In this document: piece after piece, positions 15,351 through 24,037 of the stretch
Layout of the letters: every line of letters begins with the position of its first letter
Numbering within the stretch: the first letter of the stretch is position 1
Assembly: GCA_047638435.1 (NCBI GenBank)
Contig: JBLILW010000002.1
Coordinates: 1 to 34,359, forward strand
DNA: 34,359 bases
Origin: Urechidicola sp.
GTDB lineage: Bacteria; Pseudomonadota; Gammaproteobacteria; GCA-001735895
Direction: 5' to 3'
The notes under the pieces: generated by a model
What the model was told of the DNA's origin: nothing
The model's database searches: none
The model's input: only the letters and a program-made list of their open reading frames with translations
Made by a program: the position numbers and the translations under genes

Positions 15351-16931
15351 TTGAAAATCAGTGTTCTTAAAGAAATTCATGTCGGTGAAAAGCGCGTTGC
15401 AACGACACCAGACGTAGCCGAAAAATTGATCAAGCTTGGTTTTGGTGTGATTGTCGAAGCGGGTGCCGGAGTAGGGTCAAATTTTTCTGATGAGGCTTAC
15501 AAGCAAGCAGGTGCTGAGATTGGCCCCACCGCCGAGTCTGCCTGGCAATCGGCTGACTTAGTCATCAAAGTCCGTCCGCCAGGGCAGAATCTCGCGTTAG
15601 GACGACATGAAATTGACCTAATGCCCGAAGGGTGTCATCTCATTAGTTTTTTGTGGCCAGCACAAAATGAAAAGCTCTTGAAACAACTTGCACAACGCAA
15701 TATCACCGCTTTGTCGATGGACAGTATTCCGCGTATCTCACGAGCACAAAAGCTAGATGCCTTAAGCTCGATGGCAAATATCGCGGGTTACCGAGCAGTA
15801 ATCGAAGCATCGGCTCTGTTTGGACGGTTCTTTGCCGGACAGATCACCGCGGCAGGTAAAGTTGCGCCAGCAAAGGTGATGGTAATCGGCGCTGGCGTTG
15901 CGGGTTTGTCAGCGATCGCTACAGCTAAGTCATTAGGGGCCATCGTTCGCGCATTTGATACTCGCCCCGAAGTGAAGGAACAAATTCAGAGTATGGATGC
16001 AGAATTCCTTGAACTTAAATTTGAAGAAGATGGCAGCGGCGAAGGTGGTTATGCCAAGGTCATGAGCAAAGAATTCATCGATGCCGAAATGGCCTTGTTT
16101 GCTGAGCAGGCGAAAGAGGTCGATATTATCATTACTACAGCGCTCATTCCTGGCAAACCAGCACCCAAATTAATTACCAGTGCAATGATCGAGAGTATGC
16201 GTGATGGCAGTGTGGTAGTTGATCTGGCGGCTGAGCAGGGCGGTAACTGTGAGTTGACCGTACCTGGCAAGGTCGTTAATCGAGCGGGTGTGAACATAGT
16301 TGGCTATACAGACTTGCCCAGCCGTCTGGCGGCACAGTCGAGTCAGTTATACGCCACTAATATTTACAATTTACTAGCTGAGATGAGTCCGCAAAAGGAT
16401 GGGTCTATAGTGGTTGATATGGAGGACGTTGTTGTCCGTGGAGCAACCGTGGTTAATAACGGTGAAATCACCTGGCCCCCGCCGCCGGTTGCAGTGTCTG
16501 CTGGCAGGAAACCTTCATTCGGTGGCCAGACTATTGTGGCTGAAGCAGAGCCGTCCACCCCTGTAGAACCACCTTCAAAGCTTGCTAGTGTCGCTAAAAG
16601 TAGCTTATTGCCCATGCTCATAGGTGGGCTCGCCTTATTTGGCCTCGGTCTTGTTGCGCCACCATCATTTATGGCGCATTTCACTGTTTTCGTCCTCTCT
16701 TGTTTCATCGGCTACATGGTAATCTGGAACGTGGCGCCCTCGTTGCACACGCCATTGATGAGTGTCACCAATGCGATTAGTAGCATTATTGTGCTCGGCG
16801 CGTTGACCCAAATTTCGTCTGATAACCTGACGATTATGGTGTTATCGGTGATTGCGTTATTGATTACCAGTATCAATATTGTCGGTGGATTTTCAGTCTC
16901 GCAGCGCATGCTGCAAATGTTCAAAGGGTAG
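15351..16931 (+). CDS. pntA: Re/Si-specific NAD(P)+ transhydrogenase subunit alpha
   Basis: 526 aa. It has an alanine-dehydrogenase-like N-terminal region ([22 protein letters not shown]) plus C-terminal TM helices. The start is TTG, with AGGGG about 8 nt upstream. It is followed immediately by pntB. Confidence 0.95.
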   Translation: MKISVLKEIHVGEKRVATTPDVAEKLIKLGFGVIVEAGAGVGSNFSDEAYKQAGAEIGPTAESAWQSADLVIKVRPPGQNLALGRHEIDLMPEGCHLISFLWPAQNEKLLKQLAQRNITALSMDSIPRISRAQKLDALSSMANIAGYRAVIEASALFGRFFAGQITAAGKVAPAKVMVIGAGVAGLSAIATAKSLGAIVRAFDTRPEVKEQIQSMDAEFLELKFEEDGSGEGGYAKVMSKEFIDAEMALFAEQAKEVDIIITTALIPGKPAPKLITSAMIESMRDGSVVVDLAAEQGGNCELTVPGKVVNRAGVNIVGYTDLPSRLAAQSSQLYATNIYNLLAEMSPQKDGSIVVDMEDVVVRGATVVNNGEITWPPPPVAVSAGRKPSFGGQTIVAEAEPSTPVEPPSKLASVAKSSLLPMLIGGLALFGLGLVAPPSFMAHFTVFVLSCFIGYMVIWNVAPSLHTPLMSVTNAISSIIVLGALTQISSDNLTIMVLSVIALLITSINIVGGFSVSQRMLQMFKG

Positions 16932-16939
16932 GGCGTGTC

Positions 16940-18334
16940 ATGACTTCAAGTTTAATAACCGTATCTTATCTGGCGGCAGCTATCTTGTTCATTTTGGCTT
17001 TGGGTGGGTTAAAAGATAACCAGTCTGCCAGACGAGGAAACCTATATGGCATGATCGGTATGACCATAGCCATACTGGTAACAATCAGTGCCTTTGTCAC
17101 TCAAAACCACAATATATTAATTGTGGTAATGTTGATTGGCGGAGTCTTTGGATTCGTATTGTCTCGCCGTGTCAAGATGACCCAAATGCCCGAACTGGTG
17201 GCGATATTACATAGTCTGGTCGGTTTAGCGGCTGTATTGATAGGCTTTGCTAATTTCCTCGATCCCAGTGCTAATTTGACTGGCGTCGAAAAGACAATCC
17301 ATGAAATCGAAATTTTTATCGGCATTTTTATCGGTGCGCTGACATTCACTGGTTCCATCATTGCCTATGGCAAACTCAGTGGCATGCTTGGTGGACGTCC
17401 ACTCATATTGCCTGCTCGACACTGGCTCAACCTGGCCATGCTGATTGCCGTCGTGGTGGTTGGCGTTTTGTTTGTTGGAGCACAAAATCATGCCGACGCC
17501 TTCACCTTGTTGATGGTTATGACAATCATTGCGTTGTTGCTTGGCATGCACATGGTAGCGGCCATTGGTGGTGCTGATATGCCGGTCGTTATTTCGATGT
17601 TGAATAGCTATTCGGGTTGGGCAGCAGCAGCGACTGGTTTCATGTTGTCGAATGACCTATTAATAGTTACAGGTGCATTAGTAGGTAGCAGTGGCGCGAT
17701 TTTGAGCTACATTATGTGCCGTGCCATGAACCGTAATTTTGTGAGCGTTATCGCAGGTGGATTTGGTTCTACGAGCGGCTCTAAAAGTACAGCGTCAACC
17801 GATGTTCAGGGTGACGTCACTGAGATCGATATTGCGGAAAGTGCACAACTTTTGAATGATGCAAAGCAGGTTATGTTTATCCCTGGTTATGGAATGGCGA
17901 TGTCGCAGGCACAACATGCGGTTTCCGAAATATCGAAAGTTCTGTTGGCTAAAGGTGTGAATGTGCGGTTTGGTATTCATCCGGTTGCGGGGCGTATGCC
18001 AGGCCATATGAATGTCTTACTGGCTGAAGCTAAAGTACCCTATGACGTCGTATTCGAAATGGACGAAGTTAATAGTGACTTCCCTAATGTTGATGTGTCA
18101 GTGGTAATTGGTGCCAACGACACGGTTAACCCATCAGCACAGGAAGATGATGACAGCCCTATTGCAGGTATGCCAGTGCTTGAAGTATGGAAAAGCGAAA
18201 TCACAATAGTTTTGAAACGTGGCATGGCTGCCGGTTATGCTGGTGTCGATAATCCATTGTTCGTTAAGGACAACACCAGGATGCTATTTGGTGACGCCAA
18301 AGATAGCCTGGATTTGCTAATCAAGGCACTATGA
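16940..18334 (+). CDS. pntB: NAD(P)+ transhydrogenase subunit beta
   Basis: 464 aa. A polytopic N-terminal half is followed by the dIII domain ([47 protein letters not shown]). Confidence 0.95.
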   Translation: MTSSLITVSYLAAAILFILALGGLKDNQSARRGNLYGMIGMTIAILVTISAFVTQNHNILIVVMLIGGVFGFVLSRRVKMTQMPELVAILHSLVGLAAVLIGFANFLDPSANLTGVEKTIHEIEIFIGIFIGALTFTGSIIAYGKLSGMLGGRPLILPARHWLNLAMLIAVVVVGVLFVGAQNHADAFTLLMVMTIIALLLGMHMVAAIGGADMPVVISMLNSYSGWAAAATGFMLSNDLLIVTGALVGSSGAILSYIMCRAMNRNFVSVIAGGFGSTSGSKSTASTDVQGDVTEIDIAESAQLLNDAKQVMFIPGYGMAMSQAQHAVSEISKVLLAKGVNVRFGIHPVAGRMPGHMNVLLAEAKVPYDVVFEMDEVNSDFPNVDVSVVIGANDTVNPSAQEDDDSPIAGMPVLEVWKSEITIVLKRGMAAGYAGVDNPLFVKDNTRMLFGDAKDSLDLLIKAL

Positions 18335-18339
18335 TCCTA

Positions 18340-18547
18340 GGGCACCTCTAAAAATGCACTTTTTTTGCGATTGACGTCGTGGCCCCGATTCTTGGCAGCT
18401 CCGTACCGGTTCGCCAGCCTGGTCGATCCTCATGCACAACGTACACTCTGGTTCTGCGTGCGGTGCATCTTTAGCATTTATTGCAATGGATGGCATGTAT
18501 GCTGTTTTTGCAGGAACAAAAAACAATCATTATTTTTAGAGGCACCC
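18340..18547. repeat. copy A of an intergenic element bounded by inverted repeats (MITE/REP-like)
   Basis: The ends are GGGCACCTCTAAAAAT (18340..18355) and ATTTTTAGAGGCACCC (18532..18547). TCTAAAAAT/ATTTTTAGA form a perfect 9-bp inverted pair. The core at 18392..18470 aligns with 23898..23976 at roughly 80% identity (my hand count: 63 of 79 positions, one indel). Confidence 0.6.
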
Positions 18548-18606
18548 TTTAACAAGGATAATTAAGCTATTATATATTAGGGTATCACTTATAGGACAAT
18601 ACCTAG

Positions 18607-19236
18607 ATGTACGACGGAGAAAAACTTAATAGCGTTTCCCATTTAATCGGCACCGCATTGTCACTGGTTGGCATGGGGGCATTACTGACGGTAGGTGTTC
18701 AGTCGAATAATCCCTGGGTTCTCGGTAGTTTTGTGGTATTTGGTTTTAGTATGGTGTTGCTCTATTCAATGTCAACCTTGTATCACAGCTTCGAGCCAAA
18801 GCCGCTTAAGCGGCTATTTAAACTATTCGACCATGTGTCCATCTACTTGTTGATCGCAGGCACTTACACACCCTATATGTTAGTCAGCCTTAGAGACGGA
18901 AATGGCCCAATGATATTGGGCGTGATCTGGCTGCTCGCGATTATCGGTATTTTGAGTGAAATATTTTTGTCTGGCCGTTTAGTCAAGGTTGGGCAAATGG
19001 TCATTTATTTTGCGATGGGATGGGCCTGTGTTTACGACTACGCCAGCTTGGAAGCGGCAATACCCGCTGCTGGCGTACAGTGGCTTAAATATGGTGGTAT
19101 TGCCTATAGCCTAGGCGTGGTCTTTTACATTCTCGATAAAGCCAAAAAGTTACCGCATGCCCACGGTATCTGGCATTTTTTTGTGATCGCAGGTAGCGCT
19201 TGCCATTTTGTTTCTGTCATCGGTTACGTGCGATAA
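18607..19236 (+). CDS. trhA: hemolysin III / PAQR family membrane protein
   Basis: 209 aa with 7 predicted hydrophobic segments. Motifs seen: NSVSHLIG, STLYHS, DHVSIYLLIAGTYTPY, HGIWHFFV. Confidence 0.85.
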   Translation: MYDGEKLNSVSHLIGTALSLVGMGALLTVGVQSNNPWVLGSFVVFGFSMVLLYSMSTLYHSFEPKPLKRLFKLFDHVSIYLLIAGTYTPYMLVSLRDGNGPMILGVIWLLAIIGILSEIFLSGRLVKVGQMVIYFAMGWACVYDYASLEAAIPAAGVQWLKYGGIAYSLGVVFYILDKAKKLPHAHGIWHFFVIAGSACHFVSVIGYVR

Positions 19237-19355
19237 GCTTTCCATTACAATGATTAAATTAGTCATCAAAGGGATATTGCTGATGATAGGGAACATATTT
19301 TATGAAGCCCTGTCTCACCTTACTCATAACACCGTGTATTCATTAGGAGATGTCA

Positions 19356-19820
19356 ATGAGACTCAGTCGAATTAAGCGTTGGAGCTTGGTTTTTGGAATA
19401 TTGTTGTCTACTTTATGGCCTTCTTTTGCGATGGCGTCAGAACCTGAAATTTATACTCGGTTCTTCAGCAATCTTGCGCTTGAGGGTTACGACACTGTCG
19501 CTTACTTCGACCAAAATAAACCGGTGGAAGGCCAATCGAAGTATAGTTATGAGTATAAAGGTGCAGTATGGCAGTTCAGCACACAGGAAAATCTTGACAA
19601 GTTTATAGCAATGCCTCAAGAATACGCCCCCCAGTATGGTGGTTATTGTGCTTGGCTGGTGGCTGGTGGTGATACTGCTAAAGGCGATCCTCGGTATTGG
19701 AGTATCGAAAATGGCAAACTGTACCTAAATTATGACGCCGATATACAGAAAAAATGGCTGTTAGATAAATCTGGTTTTATTAAAAAAGGTGATGCTATGT
19801 GGCCTAGTGTTTTGGATTGA
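19356..19820 (+). CDS. secreted YHS-domain protein (Cys form of the 'YHS domain-containing (seleno)protein' type)
   Basis: A signal-peptide-like N-terminus (..LLSTLWPSFAMA), then LEGYDTVAYF, YKGAVWQFSTQENLDKF, PQYGGYCAW and GKLYLNY. I prefer the ATG at 19356, which is 6 nt after AGGAG, over the ATG at 19350. Confidence 0.7.
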   Translation: MRLSRIKRWSLVFGILLSTLWPSFAMASEPEIYTRFFSNLALEGYDTVAYFDQNKPVEGQSKYSYEYKGAVWQFSTQENLDKFIAMPQEYAPQYGGYCAWLVAGGDTAKGDPRYWSIENGKLYLNYDADIQKKWLLDKSGFIKKGDAMWPSVLD

Positions 19821-19884
19821 GCTGCCTTAAAAGAAAATTTCCGTTCATACCGCAACTTTCAATGATTGATGATGATCGACCAAC

Positions 19885-20715
19885 ATGCATATTAGGCTAC
19901 TGTTAATTTTTTCGTATATTTATTACTGCGTCAGAATAAAGACCAATCCTGCCCGCTATTTCCAGCTCAATGCCCCATTCTTTAATCCAAGTAAGGGCAT
20001 ATTTTCTAAACTCGATATCGACCGCCTCATACCTCAGCGTTGGCGCCTGCGTCAAAGTGCTGATAATGGCCTGGTTAAAGATTTCCAGTTCCCTGTATTC
20101 GTAAAACCAGAATGGGGGCAAAACGCTTACGGGATTCGTCGCGCGGATTCAGAGCAAGAGCTGAACGATATTCGTCATCAAACAGCGGACAGTATAATGC
20201 CGCGCATCATTCAGGAAGCTGCGACAGAGGCTCGGGAGTTTGAAGTGTTCTACATATTGTCGGCTGCAGATGAAACAAAGTCTGCAGTGCTAACCGTGAA
20301 CGAAGCCTTAAATATCACAAAGACAGATTTCCCAATCAATAGCATTAATAATTCAAATACGTTTTATCGCGAATTGACTGCCTCGCTTAATGAAGAACAG
20401 CTGAGTGCAATTTGGGCACATATGCGCGCATTCGGTCGTTTCGGAATCTCACGAGTGGGACTACGATCGGATAGTATTGATGCATTGGTGAATGGCGATT
20501 TTCATGTCATCGAAATTAATCTTTTTGTTCCTATGCCAATCAACCTGTTAGATCCCGATAAAACTTTGAAGCAACGAGTGTCGGCAATACTCAATACGAC
20601 TTGGCACTTGGCGCAAATCACCAGGCACATTCCCAAAGACCAGGTAGCGCAATCAGTATTCTTCAAGAAATGGTGGGTCGCTCGAAAAGTTAAAATGTTG
20701 CCACAAACCCCATAA
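19885..20715 (+). CDS. ATP-grasp-like protein (divergent)
   Basis: 276 aa. FPVFVKPEWGQNAYGIRRADSEQEL, RIIQEAATEAREFEVFYI and DFHVIEINLFVP have the order and spacing of the ATP-grasp phosphate-binding, linker and C-terminal metal-site strands. I could not place it in a named subfamily. Confidence 0.45.
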   Translation: MHIRLLLIFSYIYYCVRIKTNPARYFQLNAPFFNPSKGIFSKLDIDRLIPQRWRLRQSADNGLVKDFQFPVFVKPEWGQNAYGIRRADSEQELNDIRHQTADSIMPRIIQEAATEAREFEVFYILSAADETKSAVLTVNEALNITKTDFPINSINNSNTFYRELTASLNEEQLSAIWAHMRAFGRFGISRVGLRSDSIDALVNGDFHVIEINLFVPMPINLLDPDKTLKQRVSAILNTTWHLAQITRHIPKDQVAQSVFFKKWWVARKVKMLPQTP

Positions 20716-20799
20716 GCTATTTCCTCATAACCGACTTCCTCGCCAGCCACTAACATTAAGCTGGCGCAAAACCTACCCTCTGACTGGCACGATAACCCC

Positions 20800-21708
20800 A
20801 TGAAATGGCTGAAAGTTAAAATCTACCAATGGATTAGTCAACGCTATATGCATGGCTGTAGTAGTTATAATGATATTGATGTTCGACGCAGTTGCCGATC
20901 TAAAGAGCAGGGTCGTGCAAAATTTGCAGAGGGTGGCTTACCGCATGCTCAAGGCCTCATATTTTTCAGCCCATTTAAAGCCATTAACTTCGCAAAGGAA
21001 CATGGTTTTCCACTGGTGATCAAACCGAACGTGAGTGGGTATTCTCGTGGCAGTTATTTCCCGATCAATAATTATAAGCAGTTATGGAAGGCTGTTTTTC
21101 TGGCTAAAATTTGGTGGCCGACAACGGTAGTCGAGCAATATTTGAAGGGCGAAAATTATCGAGTGGTAGTGATAGATGGCAAGATCATGTCGGTCATTCA
21201 ACGCTACCCCCCATTTGTGATCGGCAATGGTAAAGATTCAATCTTAACCCTGATAGAGTCAGAAAACGCAGTGCGTGAAGAAATGCAACTATATGCTGGT
21301 ATGTTCCCGATTCAAAAAAATCAACGGACCGCCGATCACCTGAAAAAGCAGAGGCTTAGCTTCAAATCAATACCCGCTAAGGATGAGCATATCGAACTAT
21401 ATTTTCGAGTCGCTTTAGCACCTGGTGGGATCGTACGAACCATTGATAAAACCACCATTCACGCCGATAACTTGGAGCTGTTTCTGGACACCCTAAAACT
21501 ATTTAAGGCGAATATACTGGGCGTCGATATCATCTTTGAAAATAGCATCAAGCAAAGCTATAAAGACCAAAAATGCATACTGTTAGAAGTCAATTCCAGG
21601 CCATATCTTAAAATGCACGATTATCCACGCTACGGTAAAAAAGAAGATTTATCAGTCTACTACAGCGAACTTGACCAGCTCAATATTAGTCAGTCAGATA
21701 CCTTCTAA
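20800..21708 (+). CDS. ATP-grasp ligase, cyanophycin-synthetase-N-terminal-like / RimK-like
   Basis: 302 aa. GFPLVIKPNVSGYSRGS, VVEQYLKGENYRVVVIDGKIMSVIQRYPPFVIGNGKDSILTLIESEN, GGIVRTIDKTTIHADN, NILGVDIIFE and ILLEVNSRPYLKMHDYPRYGK parallel the cyanophycin synthetase ATP-grasp module. No Mur-ligase or GNAT domain is attached. Confidence 0.7.
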   Translation: MKWLKVKIYQWISQRYMHGCSSYNDIDVRRSCRSKEQGRAKFAEGGLPHAQGLIFFSPFKAINFAKEHGFPLVIKPNVSGYSRGSYFPINNYKQLWKAVFLAKIWWPTTVVEQYLKGENYRVVVIDGKIMSVIQRYPPFVIGNGKDSILTLIESENAVREEMQLYAGMFPIQKNQRTADHLKKQRLSFKSIPAKDEHIELYFRVALAPGGIVRTIDKTTIHADNLELFLDTLKLFKANILGVDIIFENSIKQSYKDQKCILLEVNSRPYLKMHDYPRYGKKEDLSVYYSELDQLNISQSDTF

Positions 21709-21731
21709 CGTGTTTTATAAGCGTACCTTAA

Positions 21732-23018
21732 GTGAGTCTTAGCCCCACGCGCTTGTTCTATCAATTTGCGGGCGCTCACTCCCTTCTTATCGGATTACTA
21801 CCGTTTTATTTGCCAGCGTTAATGTGGCAGAACGGATTAACGCTGGTTGATATATGCTGGTTTATTGCGCTTAATGGCGCTGGGTATTTACTCACGCTTT
21901 ATGCTTGGGATCGTATCAGGCAGCGCCTGGGCTGGCGTAGGGTCATTGCAGTTTCATTTATCCTCGAATTGGCTGTCGTGGCATCAATTGTGGCTGATAA
22001 TTCACTCTCAGCTATTCACCTCATCGCCCTCTTAAACGGTGCCTACGGCTGTTTTTTCTGGATGTCCCAACGGTTACTGTTTGTGCAGTGTACCGGCAGT
22101 CATAACACAGGCAATAAATTTGGTAACTTTCAAATAGTGGTGATGGTACTGCTTAAAGTTGGCATTTTGACAGGAGGTTACCTTTGGGAAATGTGGGGTG
22201 CTGTGAGTGTATTTTGGGTCACCTTAGGCCTAGTGGTTCCTGCGGTTGTATATCATCTTTGTAGCCACCTGCCGGCTAACTTGAGCGCGTCCATCGAGCT
22301 CCCGTTAGGGCTAAAAAAGATGATCACCTATCGCGACAAGAATGGATCGCGGCTGGTTTTCTTTGGCGATGGATTGTTCCTGTTTGCGGAAAGCTATTTA
22401 TGGGTAATAACGCTTTATTTTATTTCAGGGCAAGACTTGTCAATGCTTGGCGTGCTGGTGGTTTCCTTGTCGATCTTGTTAGCCATTTTATTCTATGTCA
22501 TTAAAAACACGCTCGATCACCTTAACCCGCAGCGAGTGTATTTTCTGGCAGTACTTGGCTATTGTCTATCATGGTGGTTACGTGGACTAGTGGATGCTGA
22601 AGGCAGTGATTTCTGGATATACCCGATGGTTGTTGTGATCGGCTTTTTCACTGCGTTTTTTCGTCTGGCTTTTAATAAACGCTTCTTTGATTTGTCAAAA
22701 CAAAAACAGACGCATGATTATATCGTCATCAAAAGTTATTACTCTCAGCTCGGCGTCTGCGTCTTCTATGGTTTGATGGGCATGGCAGTGTTGATCCTTT
22801 CAGGGTCAGTATTAACCCCATTGCTCAGCAGCTTGAAAGATCCAGTAGCTATCTTGCAATGGTGCTACTGGATACTCACGCCCGCCGCGTTAATCTATTT
22901 GTTATATCGTACGACAGGCGCTGAGATAGGCGATGAGCCAGAGAATGAGCCAAGGCAAAAGGATGCGCAGGAAACGTCTATACTGGTTGGGACTGAGCTC
23001 GAAAAGACAACCAGTTAA
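21732..23018 (+). CDS. MFS-like 12-TM membrane transporter
   Basis: 428 aa with about 12 hydrophobic segments. An MFS motif-A-like loop (YAWDRIRQRLGWRRVI) follows TM2. The start is GTG, 23 nt after the preceding ATP-grasp gene. Confidence 0.55.
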   Translation: MSLSPTRLFYQFAGAHSLLIGLLPFYLPALMWQNGLTLVDICWFIALNGAGYLLTLYAWDRIRQRLGWRRVIAVSFILELAVVASIVADNSLSAIHLIALLNGAYGCFFWMSQRLLFVQCTGSHNTGNKFGNFQIVVMVLLKVGILTGGYLWEMWGAVSVFWVTLGLVVPAVVYHLCSHLPANLSASIELPLGLKKMITYRDKNGSRLVFFGDGLFLFAESYLWVITLYFISGQDLSMLGVLVVSLSILLAILFYVIKNTLDHLNPQRVYFLAVLGYCLSWWLRGLVDAEGSDFWIYPMVVVIGFFTAFFRLAFNKRFFDLSKQKQTHDYIVIKSYYSQLGVCVFYGLMGMAVLILSGSVLTPLLSSLKDPVAILQWCYWILTPAALIYLLYRTTGAEIGDEPENEPRQKDAQETSILVGTELEKTTS

Positions 23019-23487
23019 TAATAAACAGTATTAGGCCAAGAACTAAAATCGAAAGGGCGGCATAAAATAACGACCCACCATCACTCTTACCTTCATGTAA
23101 TACTTCGACACCAAGCGGGCTAACCAGATGAAAGAATACCGCGCCAGCCATAATGCCGGCAGCCATTAACCCACCCAACCCATGAGCCATCACACGATAA
23201 GGTCTGTCTGCTGCGAAATTCATTTTGTTCAATATCCAAAACACAACCGGTGACAGTAAAATAACCGAGGTGAACAATTCGGCACTGCCAATAACAACAG
23301 CACCATGTTCAGAAAAGAGCCCGCCAGCAGTATCACCAATGAAACCTTTTAACCACTCTCCGATGGTACCGAAAATATGCTGTGTATCAGGATGACCCGA
23401 AAACTTATAAGGTATGGATGAAAGGAAAACCTTTGCCGCCCATAATGCGATAACCCAGCTGACAATGGCGATTATTATTTTCTTCAT
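22978..23487 (-). CDS. small 4-TM membrane protein, DoxX-like
   Basis: 169 aa. SSIPYKFSGHPDTQHIFGTIGEWL followed by hydrophobic helices resembles DoxX-family proteins. Its 3-prime end overlaps the convergent MFS gene by 41 nt. Confidence 0.45.
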   Translation of the reverse strand: MKKIIIAIVSWVIALWAAKVFLSSIPYKFSGHPDTQHIFGTIGEWLKGFIGDTAGGLFSEHGAVVIGSAELFTSVILLSPVVFWILNKMNFAADRPYRVMAHGLGGLMAAGIMAGAVFFHLVSPLGVEVLHEGKSDGGSLFYAALSILVLGLILFIINWLSFRAQSQPV

Positions 23488-23551
23488 TTTGTTTGCCTTT
23501 ATTATTTTGAATGAGAATTAGTGATAAAATTGTACATGAATTATTAGAAGT

Positions 23552-23818
23552 TCACTCGGCCGGACTTAAGACACTGCCTTGAATTAATAATTCCTTCCGA
23601 CGACGGCTAAGCTGTTTAATCTCATATTCTCGTTTGCTGGCACTACTACGTGAATGCCCCGGTTCTTGGTAAATTACTTTGACAGGTCTTCGGCCGTTAA
23701 AATACTTCGCGCCCAGAGTGCTTGAACAATGCTCATTAAAACGCCGTTCAACATCGGTAGTGATGCCAGTGTAGTAAGAGTTGTCGCTCGCTTCAATCAT
23801 GTAAACAAACCAATTCAT
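23552..23818 (-). CDS. GIY-YIG nuclease-superfamily small protein (YhbQ/UPF0213-like)
   Basis: 88 aa. WFVYMIEASDNSYYTGITTDVERRFNEH, then KVIYQE and ASKREYEIKQLSRRRKELL. Confidence 0.85.
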   Translation of the reverse strand: MNWFVYMIEASDNSYYTGITTDVERRFNEHCSSTLGAKYFNGRRPVKVIYQEPGHSRSSASKREYEIKQLSRRRKELLIQGSVLSPAE

Positions 23819-23883
23819 TTAGAGGGCATATTGTGTGGATTAAAGTCTATGATACCTGACATGATATGGTACAACGAATAACT

Positions 23884-24013
23884 GGGCACCTCTTAATTGG
23901 TAGCTCCGTGCTGGTGTGCCAGCCGGGTCGATCCTCATGTACTATCGTACATTCCGGTTCTCCGCGCGATACGTCCTTGCACTAACGAAAAATCGCTATT
24001 CTTAGAGAAGCCC
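23884..24013. repeat. copy B (shorter) of the intergenic element bounded by inverted repeats
   Basis: The ends are GGGCACCTCTTAAT.. and ..ATTCTTAGAGAAGCCC. The core is homologous to copy A. It lies between the divergent GIY-YIG gene and the frameshifted PEP-mutase-family gene. Confidence 0.6.
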
Positions 24014-24037
24014 AGAAACCAGTAGCGGAGAAGATCA

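Noticed and set aside
18329-18565. 65-66 aa ORFs on both strands within repeat copy A, and 23935..24189 (-) across copy B
   Set aside because: They lie inside the repeated non-coding element. The reading frames are not conserved between the two copies because indels break them. 23935..24189 also runs antisense into the start of the PEP-mutase-family gene.
22978-23018. 41-nt convergent overlap between the MFS-like gene and the DoxX-like gene
   Set aside because: Both C-terminal tails are unconserved-looking extensions, and either stop could be the result of drift. I see no signal suggesting functional antisense regulation.
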